Below are positions 20,373 to 29,786 of a stretch of DNA of 58,980 bases, one piece after another; position 1 is the first letter of the stretch, and each line of letters starts with the position of its first letter. Position numbers and translations under genes: made by a program. The DNA is from a virus (Duplodnaviria > Caudoviricetes): the IMG/VR virus record IMGVR_UViG_3300020347_000005, positions 1 through 58,980 of that record; one strand, written 5' to 3'. The notes under the pieces were generated by a model. It made no database searches, was not told the origin of the DNA, and worked only from the letters and a program-made list of their open reading frames with translations.

Positions 20373-21998
20373 TTAAATCATTCTAAATCCTCTTAACTTA
20401 GCAAGTCTTGCTTCCGTAAGTTGACTTTGAGATGGTTTTTCAACATTTTCCTTTTTTTCCTCTTTAATCAAATTTTCTTTTGTGAACTCATTGTTCCAAA
20501 ATGACTTGATTGAAGATTCATTAATGAAATTGAAAAGTGATGCTCTTTTTTTAATTCTCGACTTTTCGCCTTCTTGTAAATCATTCCAAGTTTCTTTATA
20601 CTTAGTAGGCATTAATTGCATCCATAATGGTGCTTCTTGCTTACTTTCGTTTAAATCTACTTTTTGTGATTCGTTTAGAGAGTTGTTGTCAGTTGCTCTT
20701 TGCTCCTTAGCTTCTAAGATATTCTCTAGTTTATTATATATACTTTCTTTAAAATCTTCGATTTTTGATTCGTTGATTTTTTCATTTCTTACTCCTTTTG
20801 TATCAGAATTTTCTAAACTCGATACAGATTCAGTTACGTGGTCTGTCCAATTTTCAATTGCACTAACAGATTCAGTTACATGATTAGACCATTTTTCTAC
20901 ACCAGAAACAGTATCCGTTGCGTGGTCAGACCAATCTTCTAATGCACTAACAGTTTCAGTAACGTGTTGTGACCAAGATTCTACACCATTAACAGTATCA
21001 GTTGCATGTTGTGACCAATCTTCTATTGCACTAACAGTTTCTGTTACGTGATTAGACCAATTAACCATTGATTCAAACTTTGCTTCTAATTCATCATACT
21101 TTTCTTGTAAAGATGAATCCGAACCTTCTTTAACAGAATCAAATTCTTCTTTTACATGGTCAGCCCATTTTTCAATTGCTGATAATTTTTGATTTACAGA
21201 TTCAAATTTTTGTTTGAATTCAGCATTACTGTATTCTTCTACGATACCATCGTTTTGTTCAATAATACTTTCTTGAATTTCTTTCATGTCAGCAATTTCG
21301 GATTTAACACCTTCTATTGCCTCTTTTGTGAAATCTGTGTATTTGTTGAATTCGCTTTCTTTTAGATAATCCATTGTTTCTACGTGCTTATTTTTATTAT
21401 TTAACTCTTTAATATCTTGTTTGATTTGTTTACCTATTTCATAGATTGCAAAATCACTAAATACATCTAATTCTGTATTTTCGTTTAGCATTCCGAATGA
21501 TTCATTTACACTACTTAATCTTGCATTTGCAAAACCTGGCGTGTCAACTAAATCGTAGGTAAATAATTTATGAATCTTTACTGATTTATCTTCTGTAACA
21601 GTACCGGCAGCTCTTGATGATATATGTAAAGGAATTCCAGCATCAACAATTGCTTTTGCTTGTTTACCAGCATCAGTATCCAACAATTTGATTTTTCCCA
21701 TCACCCTGTTGTTTTTTTCGTCCATCCAAATTTCTTCAATTTTATGAGATACATTTTTCAATGTAGTTTCAAATTGTTTTGGGTGGTCTAATTCACCAAC
21801 AGCTGTTCCACTTTCTACAACTTTTTTTAGTGCTTCGAAATGCGGTTGAAATTCTTTTCTAGTATAAACTCTACCGTTTCTATTTTCAGAATCAAATTCT
21901 GTAAATACACCTTCTAAGACATATTTATCATTATCAGATGCATTAGCGATAGGCTTTACTGAAAATTTCGATTTTTCTATTAATAAGTAATCTTTCAT
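20373..21998 (-). CDS. gp21: Prohead protease fused to a coiled-coil scaffold-like domain
   Basis: LEGVFTE...NRNGRVY, GELDHP, VSHKI, ISSRAAG, TYDLVDTPGF, followed by about 370 aa of acidic helical sequence. Confidence 0.92.
   Translation of the reverse strand: MKDYLLIEKSKFSVKPIANASDNDKYVLEGVFTEFDSENRNGRVYTRKEFQPHFEALKKVVESGTAVGELDHPKQFETTLKNVSHKIEEIWMDEKNNRVMGKIKLLDTDAGKQAKAIVDAGIPLHISSRAAGTVTEDKSVKIHKLFTYDLVDTPGFANARLSSVNESFGMLNENTELDVFSDFAIYEIGKQIKQDIKELNNKNKHVETMDYLKESEFNKYTDFTKEAIEGVKSEIADMKEIQESIIEQNDGIVEEYSNAEFKQKFESVNQKLSAIEKWADHVKEEFDSVKEGSDSSLQEKYDELEAKFESMVNWSNHVTETVSAIEDWSQHATDTVNGVESWSQHVTETVSALEDWSDHATDTVSGVEKWSNHVTESVSAIENWTDHVTESVSSLENSDTKGVRNEKINESKIEDFKESIYNKLENILEAKEQRATDNNSLNESQKVDLNESKQEAPLWMQLMPTKYKETWNDLQEGEKSRIKKRASLFNFINESSIKSFWNNEFTKENLIKEEKKENVEKPSQSQLTEARLAKLRGFRMI
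20815..21062 (-). repeat. 42-bp / 14-aa tandem repeat (6 copies) W[ST]xH[VA]T[ED][TS]V[SN]xxE
   Basis: WSNHVTETVSAIED, WSQHATDTVNGVES, WSQHVTETVSALED, WSDHATDTVSGVEK, WSNHVTESVSAIEN, WTDHVTESVSSLEN. Confidence 0.9.
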
Positions 21999-22029
21999 TT
22001 TCTTTAATTAATTTTGTTATAATTTATAT

Positions 22030-22037
22030 TATTTAAT
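22030..22037 (-). promoter_or_regulatory. Putative late promoter ATTAAATA for gp21-gp23
   Basis: Intergenic between gp20 and gp21; recurring octamer. Confidence 0.6.
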
Positions 22038-22056
22038 CAAATTTATTTTTAACTTT

Positions 22057-23673
22057 TTAAAAGTCTGCATCTTCGTCATCTTCCATTCCTTCTTCCATTT
22101 GTTTATCTTCTTTGGCTTTTAACTTTCTATTAAGTTTTAAGTCAGATTCGGATAAAGTTGTAAGGAATTTTCTAACTAAAAATTCAGAACTAAAAAATCT
22201 TACTTCATTTCCTTCAGCATCAAAATCAATCAATGAATCTTTTGCAGAACTAATTAAGTCTAGTTCACTTTGTAGTAATTCAGTTTCTTTTAATTTTTCA
22301 AATATATCATATCTTGCCCAAGATAAATTTACTTTTGATTCGAATAATGGGTCATCGGCTAATTCTTTGATATCTCTTTTAGTTTGTAAAACTACAGGTC
22401 TGATAAGTATTTCTTGTATTTTACCTCTTAATCTATCAACAAATCTACTGAAATATATTTCTTCTCTAGTATATCCTTCGGCTGAAGATTCGAATGTAGG
22501 GGATTCATCTTTTATAAATCGGTTTCTAGGAACTTTCGAAACTTGAATTAATTTATCAACGAAATAATTCAAAGATTCAGTATCGGATAAATCGGGACCA
22601 TCATTTCCTATATTTTCAATTTGAGGGGTTCCTTGGTCACCTTCAGGAATCCAATATTCTTTTGAAAACGGCATCATTGATTTACCGTTTATTTTCAATT
22701 CTCCAGATTCGTTATCAAAATCTACATTTTCTCTATATGATTGCATTAAAGAACCAAGAGTCTGTTTTGCCATTTGTTTAGATTTCCCACCAACCGGTAT
22801 AACGAACTTAGTTTTATATGATGAATTTACAACAGCCCAAATAATTCTAGATTGTTCCATAATTCTCAATAAGTTAAAAGAACGTATTAATCTTTCAGTA
22901 TAAGAAACTCTATTTTCGTTATTGATTGCAGAATAAGATAAGAATATAACTTGTGCATCGGACAATTCTCTTTTCTTTACAGCATCTAGTGGATATTGTA
23001 CCCAACCTCTGGTACCATCTTCATAAATTTTAGGTGTCAATGAAATTGGGTCTAGTTCTTTAAATCCTATAATATTAGTATTTGAATTATCCCAAATAAT
23101 TTCGTATGCTAGGTATCCATCAATTAAAAATTTCTTTACAAAATACCAAGCTGTATTTTCATTTTTGAATCCAAAAAGATTATATATTTTCTTGAAATTA
23201 TCGTTTAAATTTTCGTTTATAATTTCTGAAAATTCTTCTTTCATATTCGGGTCTGATTCAAAATCAATTTGTGCAAAATATCTATCTGTATTATAAACAA
23301 CAATTTCATCCGTTAAAGTATCCAAAACCATTTCGATTTCATCTTGCATTGCATACTTTCTAAGTTGTTCTATTCTTCCTGGATAACTTTCGTCAAAAAA
23401 TGGAATATTCTTTTTAGAATAAATGTCAGAATAAGAAAAATCATATAGTTGGTCCATGTTGTTGTTATCATAACCATAACGTAACATATTGTTATTATCT
23501 TGCCAACCTATTTCGTTTTCAATAGAACCTATTGCTTCTGAATTAGATATAACACTATCCTTAAAATCGTATCCTCTTCCTGATAATTTTCTAAGTGTAG
23601 TATTTCTAAATGTTTTATTGTTAACATTTGGATTAGTACTATTCACTCCATTTCTATTAAATATAGATGCCAT
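22057..23673 (-). CDS. gp20: Portal protein
   Basis: FLIDGYLAYE, ELDPISL, NLLRIMEQSRIIW, EYWIP, EEIYFSRFVDRLR. Confidence 0.93.
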   Translation of the reverse strand: MASIFNRNGVNSTNPNVNNKTFRNTTLRKLSGRGYDFKDSVISNSEAIGSIENEIGWQDNNNMLRYGYDNNNMDQLYDFSYSDIYSKKNIPFFDESYPGRIEQLRKYAMQDEIEMVLDTLTDEIVVYNTDRYFAQIDFESDPNMKEEFSEIINENLNDNFKKIYNLFGFKNENTAWYFVKKFLIDGYLAYEIIWDNSNTNIIGFKELDPISLTPKIYEDGTRGWVQYPLDAVKKRELSDAQVIFLSYSAINNENRVSYTERLIRSFNLLRIMEQSRIIWAVVNSSYKTKFVIPVGGKSKQMAKQTLGSLMQSYRENVDFDNESGELKINGKSMMPFSKEYWIPEGDQGTPQIENIGNDGPDLSDTESLNYFVDKLIQVSKVPRNRFIKDESPTFESSAEGYTREEIYFSRFVDRLRGKIQEILIRPVVLQTKRDIKELADDPLFESKVNLSWARYDIFEKLKETELLQSELDLISSAKDSLIDFDAEGNEVRFFSSEFLVRKFLTTLSESDLKLNRKLKAKEDKQMEEGMEDDEDADF

Positions 23674-23700
23674 ATCGTTTTCTTTTGTTGTATTATTTAA

Positions 23701-24309
23701 TTACTTAGAATTCTTTGCTTTTGTAAATTCTTGAATCATTTCGTTGTATGATATACCTTCAAACTTTTCAATTGATAGAAATGCACAATCTACCCAACTA
23801 TTATAGTTTATGCAATATACTTTAGATTTTCTACTGGGTATGTAAGTTCTTATTGCAAATTCAAAACCATACTTAGAAAGTAAAGCCTTTACTACTGCAT
23901 ATCTATACATTATTTGTGGTTGTTTTAGTGCATTATTTGATGCTTTACCGTCTTTTTGTCTTTGAAAAAATCCACTATATGTTCTTTGAATAGTTTCTAA
24001 AATATACCATTTATATGGTGCTGGGATAAAGTTTAAATTTAAACCTAGTTCATATCTCATTTTTTTTCTTTGTATAATTCCTAAACTAAGAACTAAAGGT
24101 TTTTTATCGTAATAATCTAAAGTATCTTTACCTTTAGGATTATATTTGAATTGATTTATTTTACCAACTTGCATCATTTGATTTTCACAAAAAACAACAG
24201 TCGGGTCATAAGGATTACTTTTAGCTTTTTTAAACCAAGCATATGATTCATCTTCGGCAACCTTTAAACCTTTTTTTGCTTTTATATCCTTTATATCTTC
24301 TATTATCAT
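23701..24309 (-). CDS. gp2: DNA end protector protein
   Basis: YNPKGKDTLDYYDKKPLV, GLNLNFIP, IRTYIPSR; adjacent to gp4. Confidence 0.85.
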   Translation of the reverse strand: MIIEDIKDIKAKKGLKVAEDESYAWFKKAKSNPYDPTVVFCENQMMQVGKINQFKYNPKGKDTLDYYDKKPLVLSLGIIQRKKMRYELGLNLNFIPAPYKWYILETIQRTYSGFFQRQKDGKASNNALKQPQIMYRYAVVKALLSKYGFEFAIRTYIPSRKSKVYCINYNSWVDCAFLSIEKFEGISYNEMIQEFTKAKNSK

Positions 24310-24782
24310 TTATTCTTGAACCAATTTTCATCAGCAACAAAAAATACCCAATCTTTTGTTTTACAAAAAGCAATTGCCGATTTAAACTTTGATTTATTTA
24401 CTAAGTAGTTTTTCATCAAATATTCATAACTAGTCAATGCTTTCTTTGTTTTTCTCTTAGGTTTTGTCGGTGGTTGTTTATATTCTTGTGCAGGTTTTAC
24501 TTCTACTAACCAAGTTTTTCCAGTTGATAATTTTACTAAAAAATCTGGATAGTAATTTTTTATTCTATTTTCAATAGGACAATGATATTTTATTGCAACA
24601 GATTCAGATGCCCATTTTTCAACTTGTGGACTACGTTCACACCAAATGCAAAATCTTTGTTCCCAAGATGAACGATAAATAACTTTTTTAACAGCACCAA
24701 TATACTTAACGGATTCAGATACAGGAAAATATCCTTGTTTTGTTCGTGCATTTTTAGTAGGTTTTAAGTTCTTGATGCTCAT
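24306..24782 (-). CDS. gp4: Head completion nuclease (TnsA-like PD-(D/E)xK)
   Basis: IYRSSWE, WASE, YYPDF, LVEVKP, NKSKFKSA. Confidence 0.9.
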   Translation of the reverse strand: MSIKNLKPTKNARTKQGYFPVSESVKYIGAVKKVIYRSSWEQRFCIWCERSPQVEKWASESVAIKYHCPIENRIKNYYPDFLVKLSTGKTWLVEVKPAQEYKQPPTKPKRKTKKALTSYEYLMKNYLVNKSKFKSAIAFCKTKDWVFFVADENWFKNK

Positions 24783-24787
24783 ATAGT

Positions 24788-24834
24788 TATTTAATAGTCA
24801 TAAAAAACCACTATTAAATTAATAATAGTGGATT
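24788..24834 (-). terminator. Terminator (24802-24834) and late promoter ATTAAATA (24788-24795)
   Basis: CCACTATTA inverted repeat with U-tract; octamer 5 nt from the gp4 ATG. Confidence 0.7.
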
Positions 24835-24852
24835 AATTATATGGTTCAAGAC

Positions 24853-25602
24853 TTATAGTGAATGCATTCCATCACCATCAGTATTATATCCAGAATCTAT
24901 ACTTAACAATAATCCTTTTGATTTTTTAGGATATAATCTTTTCCATCCTTTTGCATATCCGTTTATACAAGACGAAGTGAAAAATGAGAATGGATTTGGG
25001 TCTTTAATTATTATTTGTTCTTTATCGAAAATTGCAACATCTCTTTGATTTTTCTTTACAATATATTCAAGTTTAATTCTATTGTAATCCGATGCATCAT
25101 ATACATTTCTTTCTCTTTCACCTTCACCAGTTTTTCTATTATAATTTTCAGGTAAACAATAAGATATAGAAAGTTCTTTAGATTTTTCATCATAACTAAA
25201 TCCAAATGTTGTCATAACGGCACCTATGTTTTTAATTTCTTCTCTTTTTTCTTCTATAAGTTTGTCAATCGGATAATTTTCTACTACAATTGCGGCTGCA
25301 GTTCTAGGAGAACCTTTTTCTGGATGAACTCTTATTTCATCTCCCGGTTTTAAATCGGCATAACCATGAAAACGAGCAAAATCTGGGTCAAATTTTCTCC
25401 AGTTTTTAGCAAGGTCAAAATATGCTTCGGATAGTGCATGTTGCTTATCATCTTCACATTTGTAATAAAGTTTTCTGATTGTTTTTTGGGCAAGTAACAT
25501 TAACATTTTAGTACATCTACTAGTCAATTCATCCTGTTCTCTAGATTTGTAAATTTCTTCTAATAAGTCTTTCTTATTTAGGTAATTTTTACTTTTTGCC
25601 AT
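24853..25602 (-). CDS. gp55: Late transcription sigma factor with large insertion
   Basis: NYLNKKDLLEEI N-terminus, KFDP and NPFSFFT motifs separated by about 129 aa. Confidence 0.75.
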   Translation of the reverse strand: MAKSKNYLNKKDLLEEIYKSREQDELTSRCTKMLMLLAQKTIRKLYYKCEDDKQHALSEAYFDLAKNWRKFDPDFARFHGYADLKPGDEIRVHPEKGSPRTAAAIVVENYPIDKLIEEKREEIKNIGAVMTTFGFSYDEKSKELSISYCLPENYNRKTGEGERERNVYDASDYNRIKLEYIVKKNQRDVAIFDKEQIIIKDPNPFSFFTSSCINGYAKGWKRLYPKKSKGLLLSIDSGYNTDGDGMHSL

Positions 25603-25613
25603 ATCTATAATTT

Positions 25614-25640
25614 TAAAAAAGGGAAACTGAATGTTTCCCT
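25614..25640 (-). terminator. Intrinsic terminator
   Basis: AGGGAAAC-loop-GTTTCCCTTTTTT. Confidence 0.75.
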
Positions 25641-25675
25641 ATTAGTTAAATGTATTTTATATACAATTTATTTTA

Positions 25676-27268
25676 TTATTTGAATAATGCATGAATTTCA
25701 GGTCCTGGAATATAGTCAGGTAACATAGCATCCAATTCTTCAGCAGAAATCGTTTTCAACTTTTCTACTTTTTTGATAATGTCAGGACTAAACATTCCAT
25801 GTCCCTTCTTTTGAGCAGCATTAGCGTCTTTCATTCTTGATGCAATATGATTTCCTATTTTAGATACTCTTGTACCGGGACCATATCCCATGTTACTTTC
25901 TCCTACTAAATTAGAAAGTTCTTCGTTCAGCATTTCAAATGATTTATCTAACTCTTCACCTTCATCAAGTTTTTCAACTAATGCTTTTTTAGTTTCAACT
26001 AAGAATGTAACCTCTTCACTTTTCAAGATGTTTTCCATTTCTTGTAACTTAATAAATTCTCTTTCAACATTTGCTCTGTTTTCAACATTTAATTCGTTAT
26101 ACTTAGCAACTGCTTCATCTATTTTAGAATAAATTTCATCAGTTTTAGTCATATCAACTACTCTTGAAATATCAAGGTTTTCAACTAAACTTTTAAATTC
26201 TAAAGAATCAACATTGATATGTAAACCTTCAAGAATGTTATTGAAATCTAAGTCATATTTCTTATTCAAAGATTCAGACAATTCTTGAACATCTTCGATA
26301 TCTAAAGATTCTAAAACAAATCCTCTTGTTTTCTTATCAAATTTAGAAATAGAAACTTCGTTGTTTGACATTTTAAATATTTCAAAGTTTTCGTTTACAG
26401 TTTCTACACTTTTAACAAAATCTAATTCTACAAATGTATTTGCATTTTCGAACATAAATTCTACGATAGACCTTGTTTTAGTATCTGTGTAGTTGATGAA
26501 TCCTGAATTCTTCAATACTCTAGTCAACTGTTGTTTGTTTTCTATTTTACTTTCGTTGATAGTAATTTCGTTTCCTTCTTCACTTGCAACTATTTGAATG
26601 TTTGCATTTTTTATGTTTGCTTCAAAAACATTATTACCTTTGTAATTAAAGATACTTAATGCTCTTTGAGCAGCCGCAAATTCACTTGATACTTTACCAT
26701 TGAATCTTTCAACTTTAGTAATATCACTTGTTACAATATGATTTCCACTATTAGATGAAAAAACAAATCCTTCTGCAACTTGCATAATAGGGGAGATTAT
26801 AGAACTTCCGATAGATGCTTTTTCATTTTTTTGTACACCAAATTCTGCACTTTCAAAAGATTCAACCATTCTTCTAACGTTTGGTTCATATTTGAACTTT
26901 GCCAATGAAGAAATACTATCTTTTATTTCAGATTCTTCTAATACAACAATTTCTTTTATAGATTCTACGATAGGACCATAAGTTGAAACACCGTCTAATT
27001 TGTTCATTATTCTTTCTAGTTCTAAACCGTATGTATTTTCATTTAAAAATGTTTCTACATCTTCTAAGAAATTTTCAACAACAGAAACCCAGTCATATTG
27101 TTTTAATTGTTCTAAGTACAATTCAAATTTGTTAGTAGTAAAACCACTCTTTAAATCGTGAATTGCTTTGTTGCATATACTTTGAGATTCTTCGTGCTCA
27201 TTAAGACCATTTGATAAGTCAGCAAGTCTTTTGTATAATCCGAATTTTTCAATAACGTTAATTCTCAT
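25676..27268 (-). CDS. Acidic protein with many [LIV]xE sites, probable prohead core/virion protein
   Basis: 530 aa in the head module; GLNE, FLNE, INE, VNE, MLNE sites. Confidence 0.55.
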   Translation of the reverse strand: MRINVIEKFGLYKRLADLSNGLNEHEESQSICNKAIHDLKSGFTTNKFELYLEQLKQYDWVSVVENFLEDVETFLNENTYGLELERIMNKLDGVSTYGPIVESIKEIVVLEESEIKDSISSLAKFKYEPNVRRMVESFESAEFGVQKNEKASIGSSIISPIMQVAEGFVFSSNSGNHIVTSDITKVERFNGKVSSEFAAAQRALSIFNYKGNNVFEANIKNANIQIVASEEGNEITINESKIENKQQLTRVLKNSGFINYTDTKTRSIVEFMFENANTFVELDFVKSVETVNENFEIFKMSNNEVSISKFDKKTRGFVLESLDIEDVQELSESLNKKYDLDFNNILEGLHINVDSLEFKSLVENLDISRVVDMTKTDEIYSKIDEAVAKYNELNVENRANVEREFIKLQEMENILKSEEVTFLVETKKALVEKLDEGEELDKSFEMLNEELSNLVGESNMGYGPGTRVSKIGNHIASRMKDANAAQKKGHGMFSPDIIKKVEKLKTISAEELDAMLPDYIPGPEIHALFK

Positions 27269-27303
27269 TTTGTTGTTTTTATTTTTATTATTTACTTATT
27301 TAC

Positions 27304-28116
27304 TTATTTAATCACATCTTTTCCGTAAAAACTTTCTTTATTATTTCCAGTCGGCCATACATCCTTTTCTACTTGAATTTTGCGCCCTGATGAATCCGTA
27401 TTATCTTTTTTATCGGATACGATGTATATATTATTTATAATGTTTTCCATTCTATCTCCGGCAAATAGTTCAGTTTCACTTTTGAACATAGGATAACTTG
27501 CTTGAACTTCTATTGGAAATGTTATTTGAATTTCTTTTTTGTCTGACAATCCAAATTGTACCATTCTTTCTTTATTTATATCCGGAGGAATCGAAAAGTA
27601 ACAAGGTACTTTTACACTAAAAACATCTACAAAATAATAAACGTTTTTATACATATTTGAAAATATTCCATTTATGCATTTGAATATATCTACTACCGAA
27701 TCTACAAAAATTGTAATTTCGAAATCCATTTTAAAAGGAGCTTCCATAAATTCAGAATTGAATTGTTTAACTTCACCATCTTCTGTTTGTTTAATGAAAT
27801 TTGCTCTTTTAAATTTATTAGTCAAATATTCTTCTTGTAAAGATATTCCTGTTAAATTCATTACAGCTCTAGGAAATTTTTCATATAATCCTGTTGCTTT
27901 ACCATTCTTTTTTAATTCATCCGAATTTAAAAATATATCACTTAAAAATCTTTCTGAACCAGCAATCGTAAAGTATGCCGGGACATCTACTTTTGTTTTT
28001 TTATTGTCTATAACATTGTTCCAAAATATCCTATCATCTAAAGCATGTAATGTACCTATAATAATATTCCTAAATAATACATCATCTTTGTTTTGATAGT
28101 TATTGTAAGTTTCCAT
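27304..28116 (-). CDS. gp15: Tail sheath stabilizer / completion protein, gp15-like
   Basis: FRNIIIG, VDVPAYF..SERFL, FPRAVM, PFKMDFEITI. Confidence 0.7.
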   Translation of the reverse strand: METYNNYQNKDDVLFRNIIIGTLHALDDRIFWNNVIDNKKTKVDVPAYFTIAGSERFLSDIFLNSDELKKNGKATGLYEKFPRAVMNLTGISLQEEYLTNKFKRANFIKQTEDGEVKQFNSEFMEAPFKMDFEITIFVDSVVDIFKCINGIFSNMYKNVYYFVDVFSVKVPCYFSIPPDINKERMVQFGLSDKKEIQITFPIEVQASYPMFKSETELFAGDRMENIINNIYIVSDKKDNTDSSGRKIQVEKDVWPTGNNKESFYGKDVIK

Positions 28117-28127
28117 ATTCTATTTAA

Positions 28128-29786
28128 TTAGCAAGGATTTACTTCTAATTCACTAAATCCAGCCACTTTGTTTACTGAATATACGAAATCAAACATTTCT
28201 TTTGGCAACTCACTATGATTGATTACAAATACTGTTAGGTCTAATTCATCTACTACATTTCTAATTAAGTTCAACATTTCATAAACTCCATAACTATCTA
28301 TACTTGCAAGTATTTCATCTAAAAATAATAAATTGATATTAGGATAATTTCTTTTCATAATATGTATCAAAGAAATTAATACAGCAAAATCAGCTTTTTT
28401 CCTTTCTCCTGTACTAAGAGTTTTGGGATTAATTTCTTCACCAATAGATATCAACTTACTATTAAACCTTTCGTCAATTTCAACCTTATATGGAAAATGT
28501 AATTTTTTACTAATTTCATTTATAGACTTATTAAAACTAGGTAGAAAGTTTTTCATTATTTGTAACTTAACACCATCTTCACCAAATATCTTACTTAATT
28601 CAGTATATAGATATTCATTTTTCTTCTTTTCTTGCACTGCAATTAATATCAAATCAATCTTTTCAATAGTATTTTCTAATACAGAATCGAATTCGTTTGT
28701 TTCTACTTTAGGTTTCGATAAGTTTTCTTTTTTACCTTTCAATTTATCTAAAGATAATCTTGTTTCATAAATAGTATTACCTAAAAGTTGTTTTTTCTTA
28801 TCTATTTTAGATTGAATATCTTTTAATTTATTGATATCTGTTTTTACTTCCTTTAATTCATTTTCATATTGAATTTTTTCTTCTTCAATCTTTTCTTTAT
28901 TTTTTATGTGAATATCATCTGTCAAATCAGACCCACAAGATGGACAAGTATCTGTATCATAAACTTTTAATTTGTGACTGCAATCTTTAATTTGAAAGTT
29001 ATATTCGTTTTTTGTTCTAGTCAATTTTTTCATTTTTTCAAATGCAAGATTAGACTTACTATCAATATCCTTTGATGTTTCGGTCATTTCTAACATACTT
29101 TCAGTCAAAGAATTTATGTTTGTAATAATCTCTTCTAATTTGTCCGTTATGTCTTTCGACTTTTCTGCATCTAAAGATTTAATTTTTTCTTCAATAGTTT
29201 TTTTGTTTTCCATCAAGACCCGAACTTGACCTTCTAAGTTTCCTATTTCATTGTTATATTCTTTTACAAAATCTTTCAATGAATCGTGTATTTTATTAAA
29301 AAACAATATACCAAATATTTGGTCTAATATCTTTCTTTTATCGGACGGTTTCATTGTTAAAAATGATTTGAATTTATCAACCGATATAGAAATAACATTG
29401 TCAAAAGTTGATTGAGGTATTTTCATATAATCATTTTCAATTATACCTTGAATGTTACTGTTTCCGGCAACTTCTTGCGGAACACCATCAATCCAAACAT
29501 TGAAAACTTTAGGTGTTATACCTCTTTCAATTATAATAGTAGAACCTTTTGCAATCAAAGTAACTTTACCCCAAAGCGATTTATTGATTCTATTAGGTAA
29601 ATCACCAAGTTTCTTTTCCTGTACCTTTCCATAAATCAAATATGATATAACTTCTCTTATAGTTGACTTACCATGTCCAGATTGACCTATAAGCATTATC
29701 ATATTACCTTTTTCATCGAATTCTATTTTGGTAATCTTATTTCCGTATGAGTTAAAGTTTTTGTATTCTAATTTAACTAATTTCAT
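28128..29786 (-). CDS. gp46: Recombination endonuclease ATPase subunit (Rad50/SbcC-like)
   Basis: KNFNSYGN, GQSGHGKST, CPSC zinc hook, LSTGE, LFLDE, INH. Confidence 0.95.
   Translation of the reverse strand: MKLVKLEYKNFNSYGNKITKIEFDEKGNMIMLIGQSGHGKSTIREVISYLIYGKVQEKKLGDLPNRINKSLWGKVTLIAKGSTIIIERGITPKVFNVWIDGVPQEVAGNSNIQGIIENDYMKIPQSTFDNVISISVDKFKSFLTMKPSDKRKILDQIFGILFFNKIHDSLKDFVKEYNNEIGNLEGQVRVLMENKKTIEEKIKSLDAEKSKDITDKLEEIITNINSLTESMLEMTETSKDIDSKSNLAFEKMKKLTRTKNEYNFQIKDCSHKLKVYDTDTCPSCGSDLTDDIHIKNKEKIEEEKIQYENELKEVKTDINKLKDIQSKIDKKKQLLGNTIYETRLSLDKLKGKKENLSKPKVETNEFDSVLENTIEKIDLILIAVQEKKKNEYLYTELSKIFGEDGVKLQIMKNFLPSFNKSINEISKKLHFPYKVEIDERFNSKLISIGEEINPKTLSTGERKKADFAVLISLIHIMKRNYPNINLLFLDEILASIDSYGVYEMLNLIRNVVDELDLTVFVINHSELPKEMFDFVYSVNKVAGFSELEVNPC

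Noticed and set aside
20815-21062. Regular repeats resembling a CRISPR array
   Set aside because: In-frame, degenerate 42-bp coding repeats without unique spacers; no cas genes.
24306-24782. TnsA-like nuclease as a sign of a Tn7 transposon
   Set aside because: Context next to gp2 and portal identifies it as head completion gp4.
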